Below are positions 17,296 to 27,004 of a stretch of DNA of 64,000 bases, in pieces. The translations under genes were made by a program, and so were the position numbers. Numbering within the stretch: the stretch's first letter is position 1; each line of letters opens with the position of its first letter. The notes beneath the pieces are model-generated. The model saw nothing but the letters and a program-made list of their open reading frames with translations, ran no database searches and was not told the DNA's origin. Source of the stretch: Bacteroidota bacterium (GTDB lineage Bacteria; Bacteroidota; Bacteroidia; 2-12-FULL-35-15); the NCBI GenBank assembly GCA_021323165.1, contig JAJTCJ010000005.1:3056-67055 (forward strand). The letters are read 5' to 3'.

Positions 17296-20200
17296 ATGAA
17301 AAAAATTTTATTTACTCTACTGCTTTTGTGGGTTGGTAATTCATACTCCCAACAATTCTTGCAAATAAGTACTACCAATTTTTTTGGAAACTCCAGCGCT
17401 TCAGCAGGAAGTTGTCGATCTGTGTGGGGTGATTATAATAATGATGGGTTGCTCGATTTTATTTTCATAGGGGCTCAGGTAGGAAGTTCAACCCGGTTAT
17501 ATAAAAACAATGGTAATCAAACCTTCACAGAGCAAACAAGTATGGTTTTTCCCGCAGCAAGTGCAGTAGGATGGGGAGATTATAATAATGATGGTTTTAT
17601 TGACTTGGCTCTTTCAGCAGGTGGAACTCCTGGCAATACGTACATCTTTAAAAACAATGGTGGAACCTCTTTTACAAATCAAACAGGAATTAATTTGCCG
17701 GGGATTCAATTCAGTACATTGCAGTGGGCCGACCTAAATAATGATGGAAACTTAGATCTCGTTATTGCCGGAGGATACAATATAAGCTCCTTAATATTTA
17801 TGAATAATGGGGACAATACATTTACCGAATCATTTGGTGTTACATTAACAGGGATCACTCCAGGTTCCTCATCCTCTCACAACCAGTTAGCAACCGGAGA
17901 TTATGACAATGATGGTGATGTTGATATATTAACTTCAAAGATCTATGAAAATAACGGAAATCAAACTTTCACTGAGCAAACCTCTAATGGATTGCCTAAT
18001 ATGAGTTTAAAATCATGTGCATTTGGAGACTACAATAATGATGGTTTTCTGGATGCAGTTCTGGTTGGAAATGTGAATTCAACTAATGTTGCGAAAATCT
18101 ATAAGAACAATGGAAACAGCACCTTTTCTGAGCAAACAGGTATTAATAATTTGCCAGGTTTGGTCAACAGTTCTGTAGCATGGGGTGATTATGATAATGA
18201 TGGACAATTGGATCTGTTAATGTCCGGCTATTTGGGTACTCCTGTTACTAAATTATTTAAAAATAACGGGAACAACACTTTCACTGAGCAATCTCTCACT
18301 GTTCAAGGAATTGAACGAGGTACGGTAACCTGGGGTGATTATAATAATGATGGCCAATTAGATATTCTTTCCACCGGCTTTTATGACTGGAGTAATGCAA
18401 CTATAAAGATTTATAAAAACAATTTACTAAATGTAAATACTGCACCATCACCACCTTCAGGTTTAACCGCAACTGTTAATACTAATAATGTTGTTTTTCG
18501 CTGGCAACGCTCTACAGATTCAGAAACTCCAATACCAGGCTTAAGTTACAATATGTATGTTGGTTCTACTGCTGGTTCCGATAACAATGTTTCATCCCAT
18601 GCAAATATGAGTTCGGGCTTTAGAAAGATAGCCCAGCTAGGAAATACTTTCATGGATACAACATGGGCCATTGATCGTGATGTTTTAACTGCAGGTTCTA
18701 ATTATTGGAGTGTTCAAGCAATTGACAATGCTTTTAAAGGTTCCGCATTTGCTGCGGAAGGTACCTTCTTTATTCCCTTGGAAATTGAGGCAGGTAATGA
18801 TGTAAGTATAGTTTGTGGGGGAAGTACTCAATTAAATGTTTCATCTGATAATTTAAGTGCCGGAACCTTTACATACTCTTGGAGTCCTGCCGCAGGTCTA
18901 AACGCAAGTAACATTGCAAACCCCATCGCTTCTCCGATTCAAACAACAACATACACTGTAGAAGTTTCAAATGGCAGCCTTACTGCTATAGATTCGGTTA
19001 CAGTAGTTGTAAATTCTTTTACTGCGAATGCAGGTTCTGATAAAACAGTTGTGTGTGGCGGTGATGCATACTTAAGTAACGTAATAACAAATTACACTGG
19101 TTCGGGTTCATTAAATTATTCTTGGTCACCATCAACCGGACTGAATAATGTAAATAGTGCTAGTCCAATTAGTAATGTTATAGTACCCACCGGATACACA
19201 GTAACTGTCACCACTGATAATGGTTGTGTAGCCTCTGATGCGGTAAATGTCAATATTAATCCTCTTATAGTTAATGCAGGGATGGATAAGATTACGAGTT
19301 GCTTTTCTTCTATACCATTAAATATGGTTACTTCGAATTATACTGGTGCCGGAACGCTTGCGTATTCATGGTCAAATGCTCCCTTTCTTAATAATCCATC
19401 TTCTCAGCAGCCAATAGCAACTTTAAGTAGTAATACAACATTTTCAGTTACAGCTACAACAAACAATGGTTGTTCTGCAACTGATAATATAACCGTGTTT
19501 CTTGAGCCCTTATCTGCTCCTTCCATTTGTTTAATCAGCATTGACACTTTAAATAAGAACAATGTAATATGGGAAAAGCAAGTAACAAATGTGGTGGATT
19601 CTTTTTGTATTTATCGGGAAACCTCAATTACAAATATCTACGAAAAAATTGGAGTGGTTTCTTATGATTCGATGTCAATTTTTATTGATAACACATCACT
19701 TCCAAGTGTTGTTTCTAACCGATACAAAATTTCTATAAAAGATAAATGTGGATTAGAATCCAGCATGAGCTTAGCTCATAAAACTATGCACTTGTCAATT
19801 AACCAGGGTTCGGGAAATGCATGGAATCTAATATGGGAACAATACGATGGTTTCCCGGTTTCGTCTTACAGAATCTATCGTGGGACTGCTTCAAATAACA
19901 TGCAGCTTATTGGATCTACATCAGGAATAAATTCTTCATATAGTGATTTTTCTGCACCAGCAGGTATAATTTATTACCAGGTCGAAGTTATTAGTCCATA
20001 CGTATGTACTCCAACACGGGTTTATAACACTTCACGGTCAAATGTGGCTACAAATAATCCTATTGGTATAAATGAGGAAACCTTTGATAACTCTGTTCGT
20101 TTTTACCCAAATCCGACAATGGGACAATTAACGATGGAAATACCCGCAAGATCAATAGTTGAAATAATAAATTTACAAGGACAAACTGTAAAACATCTGA

Positions 20201-20313
20201 GTCTGATAAATTCACTAAATACTATTGATTTAGATGAATTAACAGCCGGGGTATATTCTGTTAGAATAATAACGGATAAAAAAACTATTGTCAGAAAACT
20301 TGTAAAACAATAA
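17296..20313 (+). CDS. FG-GAP/VCBS-repeat secreted protein with T9SS C-terminal sorting domain
   Basis: At least 8 repeats of GDYNNDGxLD...YKNNGNxTFTEQT. Central Ig-like/FN3-like segments. C-terminus RFYPNPTMGQLTMEI...GVYSVRI. Confidence 0.8.
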   Translation: MKKILFTLLLLWVGNSYSQQFLQISTTNFFGNSSASAGSCRSVWGDYNNDGLLDFIFIGAQVGSSTRLYKNNGNQTFTEQTSMVFPAASAVGWGDYNNDGFIDLALSAGGTPGNTYIFKNNGGTSFTNQTGINLPGIQFSTLQWADLNNDGNLDLVIAGGYNISSLIFMNNGDNTFTESFGVTLTGITPGSSSSHNQLATGDYDNDGDVDILTSKIYENNGNQTFTEQTSNGLPNMSLKSCAFGDYNNDGFLDAVLVGNVNSTNVAKIYKNNGNSTFSEQTGINNLPGLVNSSVAWGDYDNDGQLDLLMSGYLGTPVTKLFKNNGNNTFTEQSLTVQGIERGTVTWGDYNNDGQLDILSTGFYDWSNATIKIYKNNLLNVNTAPSPPSGLTATVNTNNVVFRWQRSTDSETPIPGLSYNMYVGSTAGSDNNVSSHANMSSGFRKIAQLGNTFMDTTWAIDRDVLTAGSNYWSVQAIDNAFKGSAFAAEGTFFIPLEIEAGNDVSIVCGGSTQLNVSSDNLSAGTFTYSWSPAAGLNASNIANPIASPIQTTTYTVEVSNGSLTAIDSVTVVVNSFTANAGSDKTVVCGGDAYLSNVITNYTGSGSLNYSWSPSTGLNNVNSASPISNVIVPTGYTVTVTTDNGCVASDAVNVNINPLIVNAGMDKITSCFSSIPLNMVTSNYTGAGTLAYSWSNAPFLNNPSSQQPIATLSSNTTFSVTATTNNGCSATDNITVFLEPLSAPSICLISIDTLNKNNVIWEKQVTNVVDSFCIYRETSITNIYEKIGVVSYDSMSIFIDNTSLPSVVSNRYKISIKDKCGLESSMSLAHKTMHLSINQGSGNAWNLIWEQYDGFPVSSYRIYRGTASNNMQLIGSTSGINSSYSDFSAPAGIIYYQVEVISPYVCTPTRVYNTSRSNVATNNPIGINEETFDNSVRFYPNPTMGQLTMEIPARSIVEIINLQGQTVKHLSLINSLNTIDLDELTAGVYSVRIITDKKTIVRKLVKQ

Positions 20314-20390
20314 ATTAACCGGTCAAAATGGAGGGTAATATTTGTTTCTTACAACCGACTTCATTGAGCTACCCGCAGGGTAATAAACTA

Positions 20391-20419
20391 AAAAGCCTTT
20401 CAGAAATGAAAGGCTTTTT
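20391..20419 (+). terminator. Terminator hairpin, same family as 15177
   Basis: aaaagcctttc agaaat gaaaggctttt. Flanks aaacta / tagttt extend the stem to about 17 bp. Confidence 0.75.
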
Positions 20420-20457
20420 AGTTTATTATATAATGGAATTAAACGTTCTTTTCAATA

Positions 20458-20793
20458 TTATTTAACAATGACTCTTTTAGTAACTGTTACATTCCCCGTA
20501 ATTACATTTAGCAAATATATTCCCTTACTAAAGGCTGAAAGATCAAAATTCTCTTTTCTAGTTTCCTTGCTCAGATCCTTTTCCAACAATTTCTCTCCAA
20601 GAGCATTATAAATTGAAACCGTTGCTTTTTCTTTCGAAAGCATTGCTAGATCTACCCTAATACAATAGAGTAAATTAATAATTTTCTCTTTTTTAGAGTT
20701 TTCCTTACTTTTACTTGTAATCTTGTAACGCATAAAAAAATGGAAACCGAGCCAAGACACCAATGCCTGATCTATGAAGGAGTTCCTTCTCAA
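20458..20793 (-). pseudogene. Probable remnant of a T9SS cargo gene (only the distal part of a type A C-terminal sorting domain is recognisable)
   Basis: The last ~60 aa (ATVSIYNALGEKLLEKDLS...SKGIYLLNVITGNVTVTKRVIVK) match a T9SS CTD. The N-terminal part of the ORF is low-complexity, and there is no signal peptide or passenger domain. Confidence 0.45.
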
Positions 20794-21221
20794 AAACTTC
20801 CACTCTTAGCGGCAATCATACAACGAAAAATGGATGAGGCTACCGATTCATGTACTTTAATAGCCCACCAATGGTAACAGGTATGGCTTCAACTCCTTCA
20901 GCTATTGGTATAGGTGCGGTTTCTGAAAACTGTACCGTATGGGATGCAAATATTCAATTTTTTTAGATGATAAACAGTGACTTCGAATCTTGATGAAGTG
21001 CCGAGATTTAAGTCTCGGCTTTTTTATGGATTGAAATGGCAAGTGAGGAACAGGTAATAAAGAACCCGTCAACCGAAAAACTGGAAAGAGAAACGATTGC
21101 CGGGTCCTCACTATATAGAATACAGTATTACAAAAATAAATAATATTCGTAAAATATAAAGTGACAATTATCAATTTTTTGAACTGAAGGATTGCTTATT
21201 TTTATATTATATATATAATAT

Positions 21222-21419
21222 ATGTCGATACGATATCAATTAATAGCCGGATTCACAATTCTGATCATGATATTTATTATGGATTTTTTTGTAAATCAAC
21301 GACTTTCCAATGAAGTACTGCAAAACACTTCATATATAAGTAACTCGGAATCAGTTATCCGTAATTCAAATATGTTGCATAAAGAAATGATCGAAATGTC
21401 AATTTACTTGATTCCATAA
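21222..21419 (+). pseudogene. N-terminal (TM1 plus start of sensor domain) fragment of the downstream histidine kinase, separated by a frameshift
   Basis: MSIRYQLIAGFTILIMIFIMDFFV is a TM helix. The frame closes at 21417-21419, while the kinase frame is open from 21383. A 1-nt indel near 21405-21412 would fuse them. Confidence 0.5.
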
Positions 21420-21532
21420 ATCTAACCCATAAACTCTGGGTTGATTATGCCACTGATTTAATTAATTATCGTTTAGATACATTCCCCGAATCCAGTAAAA
21501 AGTATAAAGAGCTTTTTGAAACTAAACTTCGA

Positions 21533-22549
21533 ATGGAAGTTGGTAAAAAGCTGAATGATAAAATCAAAGTCATCTTTTCAAACTTTGACAATAATGAGTA
21601 TAAGCTTAGGCAGGAAAGACGGAGTAAGTTGCAGTTATCAATTGAAAGTACCCGAAAAATAACGCTTTCTTTGACCTTAATATCCATTTTACTTGCTGTA
21701 ATTTCAAGCCAATACTTTATTAGAACTATTACAAAAAGAATATCTAAAATGGTAGTGTTAGCAGATCGTATATCGAAAGGTTTTTTTACTACCATGAAGG
21801 ACGATAAAAGAGACGAATTGAATGAGTTGTGTTTGTCACTAAACAGTATGTCCGAAACTCTTGAAAAAAACTTCAAAGACTTGACGACCAAAAACAAGGA
21901 GTTGGACCAATTTGCATATGTAGTTTCACATGATTTAAAAGCTCCATTACGGGGAATTACGAATATTATTGGGTGGATTGAAGAAGATCATGAAAATGAA
22001 ATTACTCCTGGAGTAAAACAGAATTTAGAATTGATTAAAGGAAGAACCAACCGGCTTGAAAACATGATCAACGGACTTCTGGAATATGCAAGGGTTGGTA
22101 AGATTAAAAAAGGACATGTGAAAGTTAATACAGATCTTTTGGTACGCGACCTTTTGAATTTTCTTGTTCCAAAAAATTTCATGATAACAATTGTTGGCAA
22201 ACTTCCTGTTCTGACAACCGAAAAACTACATTTAGAACAAGTGTTTTCTAATTTAATAAGTAATGCTGTAAAGTATAATAAAAATGTACAACCAAAAATC
22301 TCAATCTTTACAGAAGAACTTGAGAACTATTACAAATTCACCATAAAAGATAATGGGTCCGGTATAGAAAAAGAATACTTTGAAAAAATATTTATTATTT
22401 TTCAAACATTGCAGGAACGTGATGCCTTTGAAAGTACTGGTGTAGGATTAGCAATAGTCAAACGAATCGTTGAGGATTATAAAGGAACAATATATGTAGA
22501 ATCCGAGATTGGAAAAGGTTCTCGTTTCATTTTTACCTGGCCTAAATAA
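21533..22549 (+). CDS. Sensor histidine kinase (TM, HAMP-like, HisKA, HATPase_c)
   Basis: TM helix ITLSLTLISILLAVISSQYFI. H-box FAYVVSHDLKAPLRGI. N/G boxes NLISNAVKYN, DNGSGIEKEY, GVGLAIVKRIV. The upstream in-frame sequence is open back to 21383. Confidence 0.85.
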   Translation: MEVGKKLNDKIKVIFSNFDNNEYKLRQERRSKLQLSIESTRKITLSLTLISILLAVISSQYFIRTITKRISKMVVLADRISKGFFTTMKDDKRDELNELCLSLNSMSETLEKNFKDLTTKNKELDQFAYVVSHDLKAPLRGITNIIGWIEEDHENEITPGVKQNLELIKGRTNRLENMINGLLEYARVGKIKKGHVKVNTDLLVRDLLNFLVPKNFMITIVGKLPVLTTEKLHLEQVFSNLISNAVKYNKNVQPKISIFTEELENYYKFTIKDNGSGIEKEYFEKIFIIFQTLQERDAFESTGVGLAIVKRIVEDYKGTIYVESEIGKGSRFIFTWPK

Positions 22550-22563
22550 TAAAAACAAAACAA

Positions 22564-22971
22564 ATGAAAGTAAAAAACATATTATTAGTAGAAGATGATT
22601 ATCTGGATATTGAAAGCGTTAAAAGAGCGCTTAAAAAATTGAAGATCGAGCACAATCTGATGATCGCGCATAACGGAGTTGATGCACTTGGTATTCTAAC
22701 CTCAGAAGACACAAAGGTGACACCAGATGTAATTCTGCTGGACTTAAATATGCCGAAAATGAACGGAATGGAAGTTCTAACAATAATCAAAAATTATTAT
22801 AGCTTAAAAAACATTAAGACGTTTATTATAACTACTTCAGGAGAAGAATACGAACGGATGGCAGCACAAAATCTTGGAGTCACCGGTTATATTATTAAAC
22901 CCCTAAGCTTCAAAGAGCCTATGAGTGATGATGTTGCGCTGCTTTTGAAAGAATTAACGAGCGAAATTTAA
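22564..22971 (+). CDS. Stand-alone response-regulator receiver (CheY-like) protein
   Basis: ILLVEDDYLD...DVILLDLNMPKMNGMEVL...IITTSG...GYIIKP are the receiver-domain acidic pocket, phospho-Asp, Thr and Lys positions. Confidence 0.9.
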   Translation: MKVKNILLVEDDYLDIESVKRALKKLKIEHNLMIAHNGVDALGILTSEDTKVTPDVILLDLNMPKMNGMEVLTIIKNYYSLKNIKTFIITTSGEEYERMAAQNLGVTGYIIKPLSFKEPMSDDVALLLKELTSEI

Positions 22972-24746
22972 AGAGAAGACTGTAGTTCTGTCCTATATTT
23001 AGTTAAAATGCTCGATTTGGAAAGAAAACCGATGTATTTGCCTTTGTTAGTCACCGGTAAATTCCATTGAGAAGATTCGTCAAATTTCTTCATTATTGTA
23101 AATATGTCATCCTGTATTTTAATTGAGCTACTCTGTTTATGCATTAACTCCTTAGCAATTATTTTATCGTAAAGTTCATGATTAAAAACTTCTTCTCTGA
23201 TATCATCAAGGAAAATAACACCAATTAAATTGTCAGATGCGTCAATAACAGGAAAAGTATTCCTCTTAGAATGTTTCACCGCCTCTACCACCAGTCTTAA
23301 TGTATCGTCCTGATTAATTTTTGAAAAGTCTTTTTCGATAAGCGCTTCAACATTTATCTTACCTAATATATTTATATCCTTATCTTCGGAGATAACAGTC
23401 CCTCGCTTTTTCAGCTTCTTTACATCTAGCGAATCCGGATGAAAGTATTTTACTACAATATAGCTAATGGAAGAAACGATCATTAAAGGAATAATTAGTT
23501 CATAGCCGCCCGTAATTTCAGCAATTAAAAATATACCGGTTAAAGGTGCATGGAATACTCCGGTTAAAATACCAGCCATCGCAACCAGTGTCAAATTGCC
23601 TATTGGTACATTATCAAAACCAAGTAGCTTTAGAACGCTTGCAAACACAAAGCCCAGGTATGCGCCCACAAATAAAGAAGGTGCGAAATTCCCACCATTT
23701 CCCCCACTGCCAAGAGTTATTCCCACAGCAACAGCCTTAAACATCATTGCCAATAAAACAAATATGATTATCCATATTTCATCTTTAAATAAAATATTTA
23801 GAATACTATCTCTATAAACCAATTCCGGCTGATGATCAGCCAATTGTTTAATACTATCATAACCTTCACCGAATAATGATGGGAAAACAGAAACCATGAT
23901 TGCTAAGAAAATGCCGCCTAAAAGCCATTTCCAATAAATGGATTTTATTTTACGAAACTTTCGTTCAACATTATCAAATAAAAAAATATAATACAGAGAA
24001 AGAAATCCCGCAAGAAAGCCTAAAACGATATAAAAGGGAAGATTATAATAGTCAAATGGTTGTCTAAGTTTAAAGGACAGTAGGATATTTTCTTCTAAAA
24101 TAATTTTTGAAATCAATGCACCCGAGGCAGAAGCAATAAGTAATGGAATGAATGCTGTTATATTGACTCCTACGAGTAATACTTCCAGAGCAAACAAAAC
24201 GCCCGCAATAGGTGCGTTAAAAGCTCCGGCAATACCTCCTGCAGCCCCTGCTGCCAATAGCAAGGTTCTGTCCTTATAAGAGAGCTTGTATCGCTGAGCA
24301 TAATTCGAACCAATTGCTGATCCGGTACTTACTATAGGTGATTCTAATCCCGCAGAACCTCCAAAACCCACAGTAATTCCACTTGTAATAATATGTGAAT
24401 AAATATGTCTGAAAGGCAGAAAACTCCCTTTTTTCGCGATTGAATAAAGTATATTGGATGTTCCCCGTAAAAGCTTTCCTTTAAAAAACCGTTGGACAAT
24501 CAATACAGTAATTCCAATCCCTACAAGTGGCATTAAAAGGTAGATGTATTTGAAATCAATACGGAATAAATGACTTTCCAGTATTGAATGCCGTATAAAA
24601 TGCACAAATAACTTTAATAAAACAGCAGCCACTCCGGCACTAACACCAACCAGAATGCTGGAAAAAATTAAAAACTGCTTATCATTTACACGACTATGGA
24701 TCCAGTCAATGCCTTTTTCAATAAAACTTATTTTAAATAAACTCAT
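22968..24746 (-). CDS. ClC-family chloride channel/antiporter with C-terminal CBS pair
   Basis: GSAGLESPIV, GAFNAPIAGVLFALE and GGNFAPSLFVGA are ClC selectivity-region motifs. The C-terminal ~140 aa resembles a tandem CBS. Confidence 0.85.
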   Translation of the reverse strand: MSLFKISFIEKGIDWIHSRVNDKQFLIFSSILVGVSAGVAAVLLKLFVHFIRHSILESHLFRIDFKYIYLLMPLVGIGITVLIVQRFFKGKLLRGTSNILYSIAKKGSFLPFRHIYSHIITSGITVGFGGSAGLESPIVSTGSAIGSNYAQRYKLSYKDRTLLLAAGAAGGIAGAFNAPIAGVLFALEVLLVGVNITAFIPLLIASASGALISKIILEENILLSFKLRQPFDYYNLPFYIVLGFLAGFLSLYYIFLFDNVERKFRKIKSIYWKWLLGGIFLAIMVSVFPSLFGEGYDSIKQLADHQPELVYRDSILNILFKDEIWIIIFVLLAMMFKAVAVGITLGSGGNGGNFAPSLFVGAYLGFVFASVLKLLGFDNVPIGNLTLVAMAGILTGVFHAPLTGIFLIAEITGGYELIIPLMIVSSISYIVVKYFHPDSLDVKKLKKRGTVISEDKDINILGKINVEALIEKDFSKINQDDTLRLVVEAVKHSKRNTFPVIDASDNLIGVIFLDDIREEVFNHELYDKIIAKELMHKQSSSIKIQDDIFTIMKKFDESSQWNLPVTNKGKYIGFLSKSSILTKYRTELQSSL

Positions 24747-24761
24747 AAATCTGAATCTGAA

Positions 24762-27002
24762 TTAATCAATTAAAAGATCAACGGATGAATTGATTAACTT
24801 ATGGAGGAGAGCTATGACATCTTTTTGATGTTTGAGATTAAACCGGGACACGCTTTGAGCTAAGCCGACTCTAATAGAATACTCAGTTGGAGGAATAACT
24901 CTGAATAAATCCTCATCAGTTTTGTCATCTCCTATACCAAGAATAAAACTGTATTTTTTTTGTTTTAGCCAGATAGAAGCTGCCGATCCTTTATCAACAC
25001 CTCTTGCCCTTGTTTCAATGACCTTGTTTCCCTCAATAACCTGGAAATTTAAATGAGAGGATATTTCAACAAGAGAATTAATAAGTTCTCTTGATCTCAG
25101 GAAACCCAGGTCTTTTCCTGCATTCCTGTAATGCCAGGCAAGGGAAAGTGCTTTTTCTTCAACGAAAGATCCGGGGCAACGCTCAGTAAAAAGTTGCAAA
25201 ACTTGCATAACTTCTGATTTCCAATCAGCATTAACCTGTACCGTTTGAAGCCATCGTGCATCTCGCTTTTTATAAAACGCACCATGCTCTGCAACCAAAT
25301 TAACATTTAAATTGCCAAACCAGTTTTCAAGAACATTCACTGGTCTTCCACTGATCAAAACCACTTCGTTCTTTTCGTCTGACGATAACATTTTAATAAG
25401 TGATAATAACTCCGCATCCGGGATTGCCAGATGTGGCAGAGCAGCAATCGGAGCCAACGTGCCATCGTAGTCGAGCAAAATCAATCGATTCGCGGCCTTT
25501 TCGTATCGTTCCAGAATCTGATTTTGTATAACTTCATTAACTATCTTCACCTTTAATTTCTCCTGCTTTAATTTTTTCTGATCAAGCTGAGTTAAAAAGT
25601 CTTCTGCCCATTTCATTACATCATACTCGCGTAATCTTTGCTGCATCGTTTCATTTCTTTTAATTTGTTCTTCAATCGGCATGTCTAATGAAAGTGCTAT
25701 TGCGTCCGCAATTTCCTGATGATCCGTTGGATTCACAAGAATTGCTTCACCTAATTCAGACGATGCCCCTGCAGTTTCAGCAAGAATAAGAACTCCACGC
25801 TTATCTGCCCTGGTCGCAATAAATTCCTTTGCCACCAGATTCATTCCGTCACGCATAGGTGTAATTAAAGCTACATCCGCGGCAAGATAAAGACCAGCAA
25901 GTTTTTTAAAATCCAGGGGCTTATATTGATAAATAATGGGCGTCCATCCTAACGTACCATATTTCCCATTAATCCTACTCACTAAGCCTTCTATTTCTTT
26001 CTTTGTTTCCGCATACTTTGTAATAATATCTCTTGATGGAACTACCAACAGGACATAGGTTACATTGGCTCTGTGCAATGGATATTTTTCCAGAAAGAAT
26101 TCGAAACTTTCCAAACGATTAACAAGTCCCTTTGCATAGTCTAATCGATCAACCGAGATGATTACTTTAACATTATGTAATCCTTCTTTTATAATACTCT
26201 TTTCTGAACAGATCTGAACATCCGTTGATGCCTTGTTGAACTTGGAGAAATCAATACTGATTGGAAAAGTATCAACAGTGACACTTCTATCAGGCGTACT
26301 AATCACCCGTAATGTATTATCATATCCGAGTATTTCTCTGATAGACTTTAAAAAATGTTGTACATAATCATTAGTATGAAAACCTACTAAATCTGCTCCA
26401 AGCAACCCGGAAAGAAGTTCCTTTCTCCACTTACTGGGGATTAAACGAAACAGTTCAAAAGAAGGAAATGGTATATGGAGAAAGAATCCTATTGCTGCAT
26501 CCGGAAGATGCTTTCTCAATAATCCGGGCAGTAACAGTAAATGATAATCATGCACCCAGATAATATCCCCTGGCTTGTACACTTTTAAAACCTTATCACA
26601 GAAAATATTATTTGCTTGTACATAATTTGTAAAATACTCATCGGGGAACTTTGCATATGAAGGGAAATAATGAAAAAGAGGCCATATTGTATCATTACAG
26701 AAACCATTGTAATATTTATCATACATTGCGGGCGGTATAAACACAGGAGACAGCTCGAAATCATCATGATACAGATTCCCTGTTTCATGCAATTTCATGA
26801 ATCTCTCTTCTGAAACATCAGCTGTACCAATCCACAGAGGTGGTTCTATAGCAGAAAGATCCGTCAACGTCTTGCTTTTTTCTACATAAGACTTTATACT
26901 GGAAACCAAGCCTCCTGCACTAGGTACAAAATCAATCTTACCATCTTTTTCAATGATATTAAACGGCAGTCGGTTTGAAATTAATATAAGTCTCTTTTTC
27001 AT
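24762..27002 (-). CDS. Bifunctional trehalose-6-phosphate synthase (GT20, OtsA-like) / trehalose-6-phosphate phosphatase (OtsB-like) fusion
   Basis: N-terminal LILISNRLPF...PSAGGLVS plus the GT20 body. C-terminal HAD motif LLDYDGTLAP and GDDKTDEDLF. Confidence 0.88.
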   Translation of the reverse strand: MKKRLILISNRLPFNIIEKDGKIDFVPSAGGLVSSIKSYVEKSKTLTDLSAIEPPLWIGTADVSEERFMKLHETGNLYHDDFELSPVFIPPAMYDKYYNGFCNDTIWPLFHYFPSYAKFPDEYFTNYVQANNIFCDKVLKVYKPGDIIWVHDYHLLLLPGLLRKHLPDAAIGFFLHIPFPSFELFRLIPSKWRKELLSGLLGADLVGFHTNDYVQHFLKSIREILGYDNTLRVISTPDRSVTVDTFPISIDFSKFNKASTDVQICSEKSIIKEGLHNVKVIISVDRLDYAKGLVNRLESFEFFLEKYPLHRANVTYVLLVVPSRDIITKYAETKKEIEGLVSRINGKYGTLGWTPIIYQYKPLDFKKLAGLYLAADVALITPMRDGMNLVAKEFIATRADKRGVLILAETAGASSELGEAILVNPTDHQEIADAIALSLDMPIEEQIKRNETMQQRLREYDVMKWAEDFLTQLDQKKLKQEKLKVKIVNEVIQNQILERYEKAANRLILLDYDGTLAPIAALPHLAIPDAELLSLIKMLSSDEKNEVVLISGRPVNVLENWFGNLNVNLVAEHGAFYKKRDARWLQTVQVNADWKSEVMQVLQLFTERCPGSFVEEKALSLAWHYRNAGKDLGFLRSRELINSLVEISSHLNFQVIEGNKVIETRARGVDKGSAASIWLKQKKYSFILGIGDDKTDEDLFRVIPPTEYSIRVGLAQSVSRFNLKHQKDVIALLHKLINSSVDLLID

Positions 27003-27004
27003 CT

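Noticed and set aside
20883-20966. 27-31-codon + strand ORF (MVTGMASTPSAIGIGAVSENCTVWDANIQFF) ahead of the orphan terminator
   Set aside because: It has no recognisable peptide family and no promoter box. The same DNA also reads as protein-like fragments on the other strand, so it is more likely debris of a decayed gene.
22968-22971. 4-nt overlap (TTAA) of the convergent stop codons of the receiver gene and the ClC gene
   Set aside because: It is a real feature of the sequence, but it is a common consequence of compact genomes and has no further structure.
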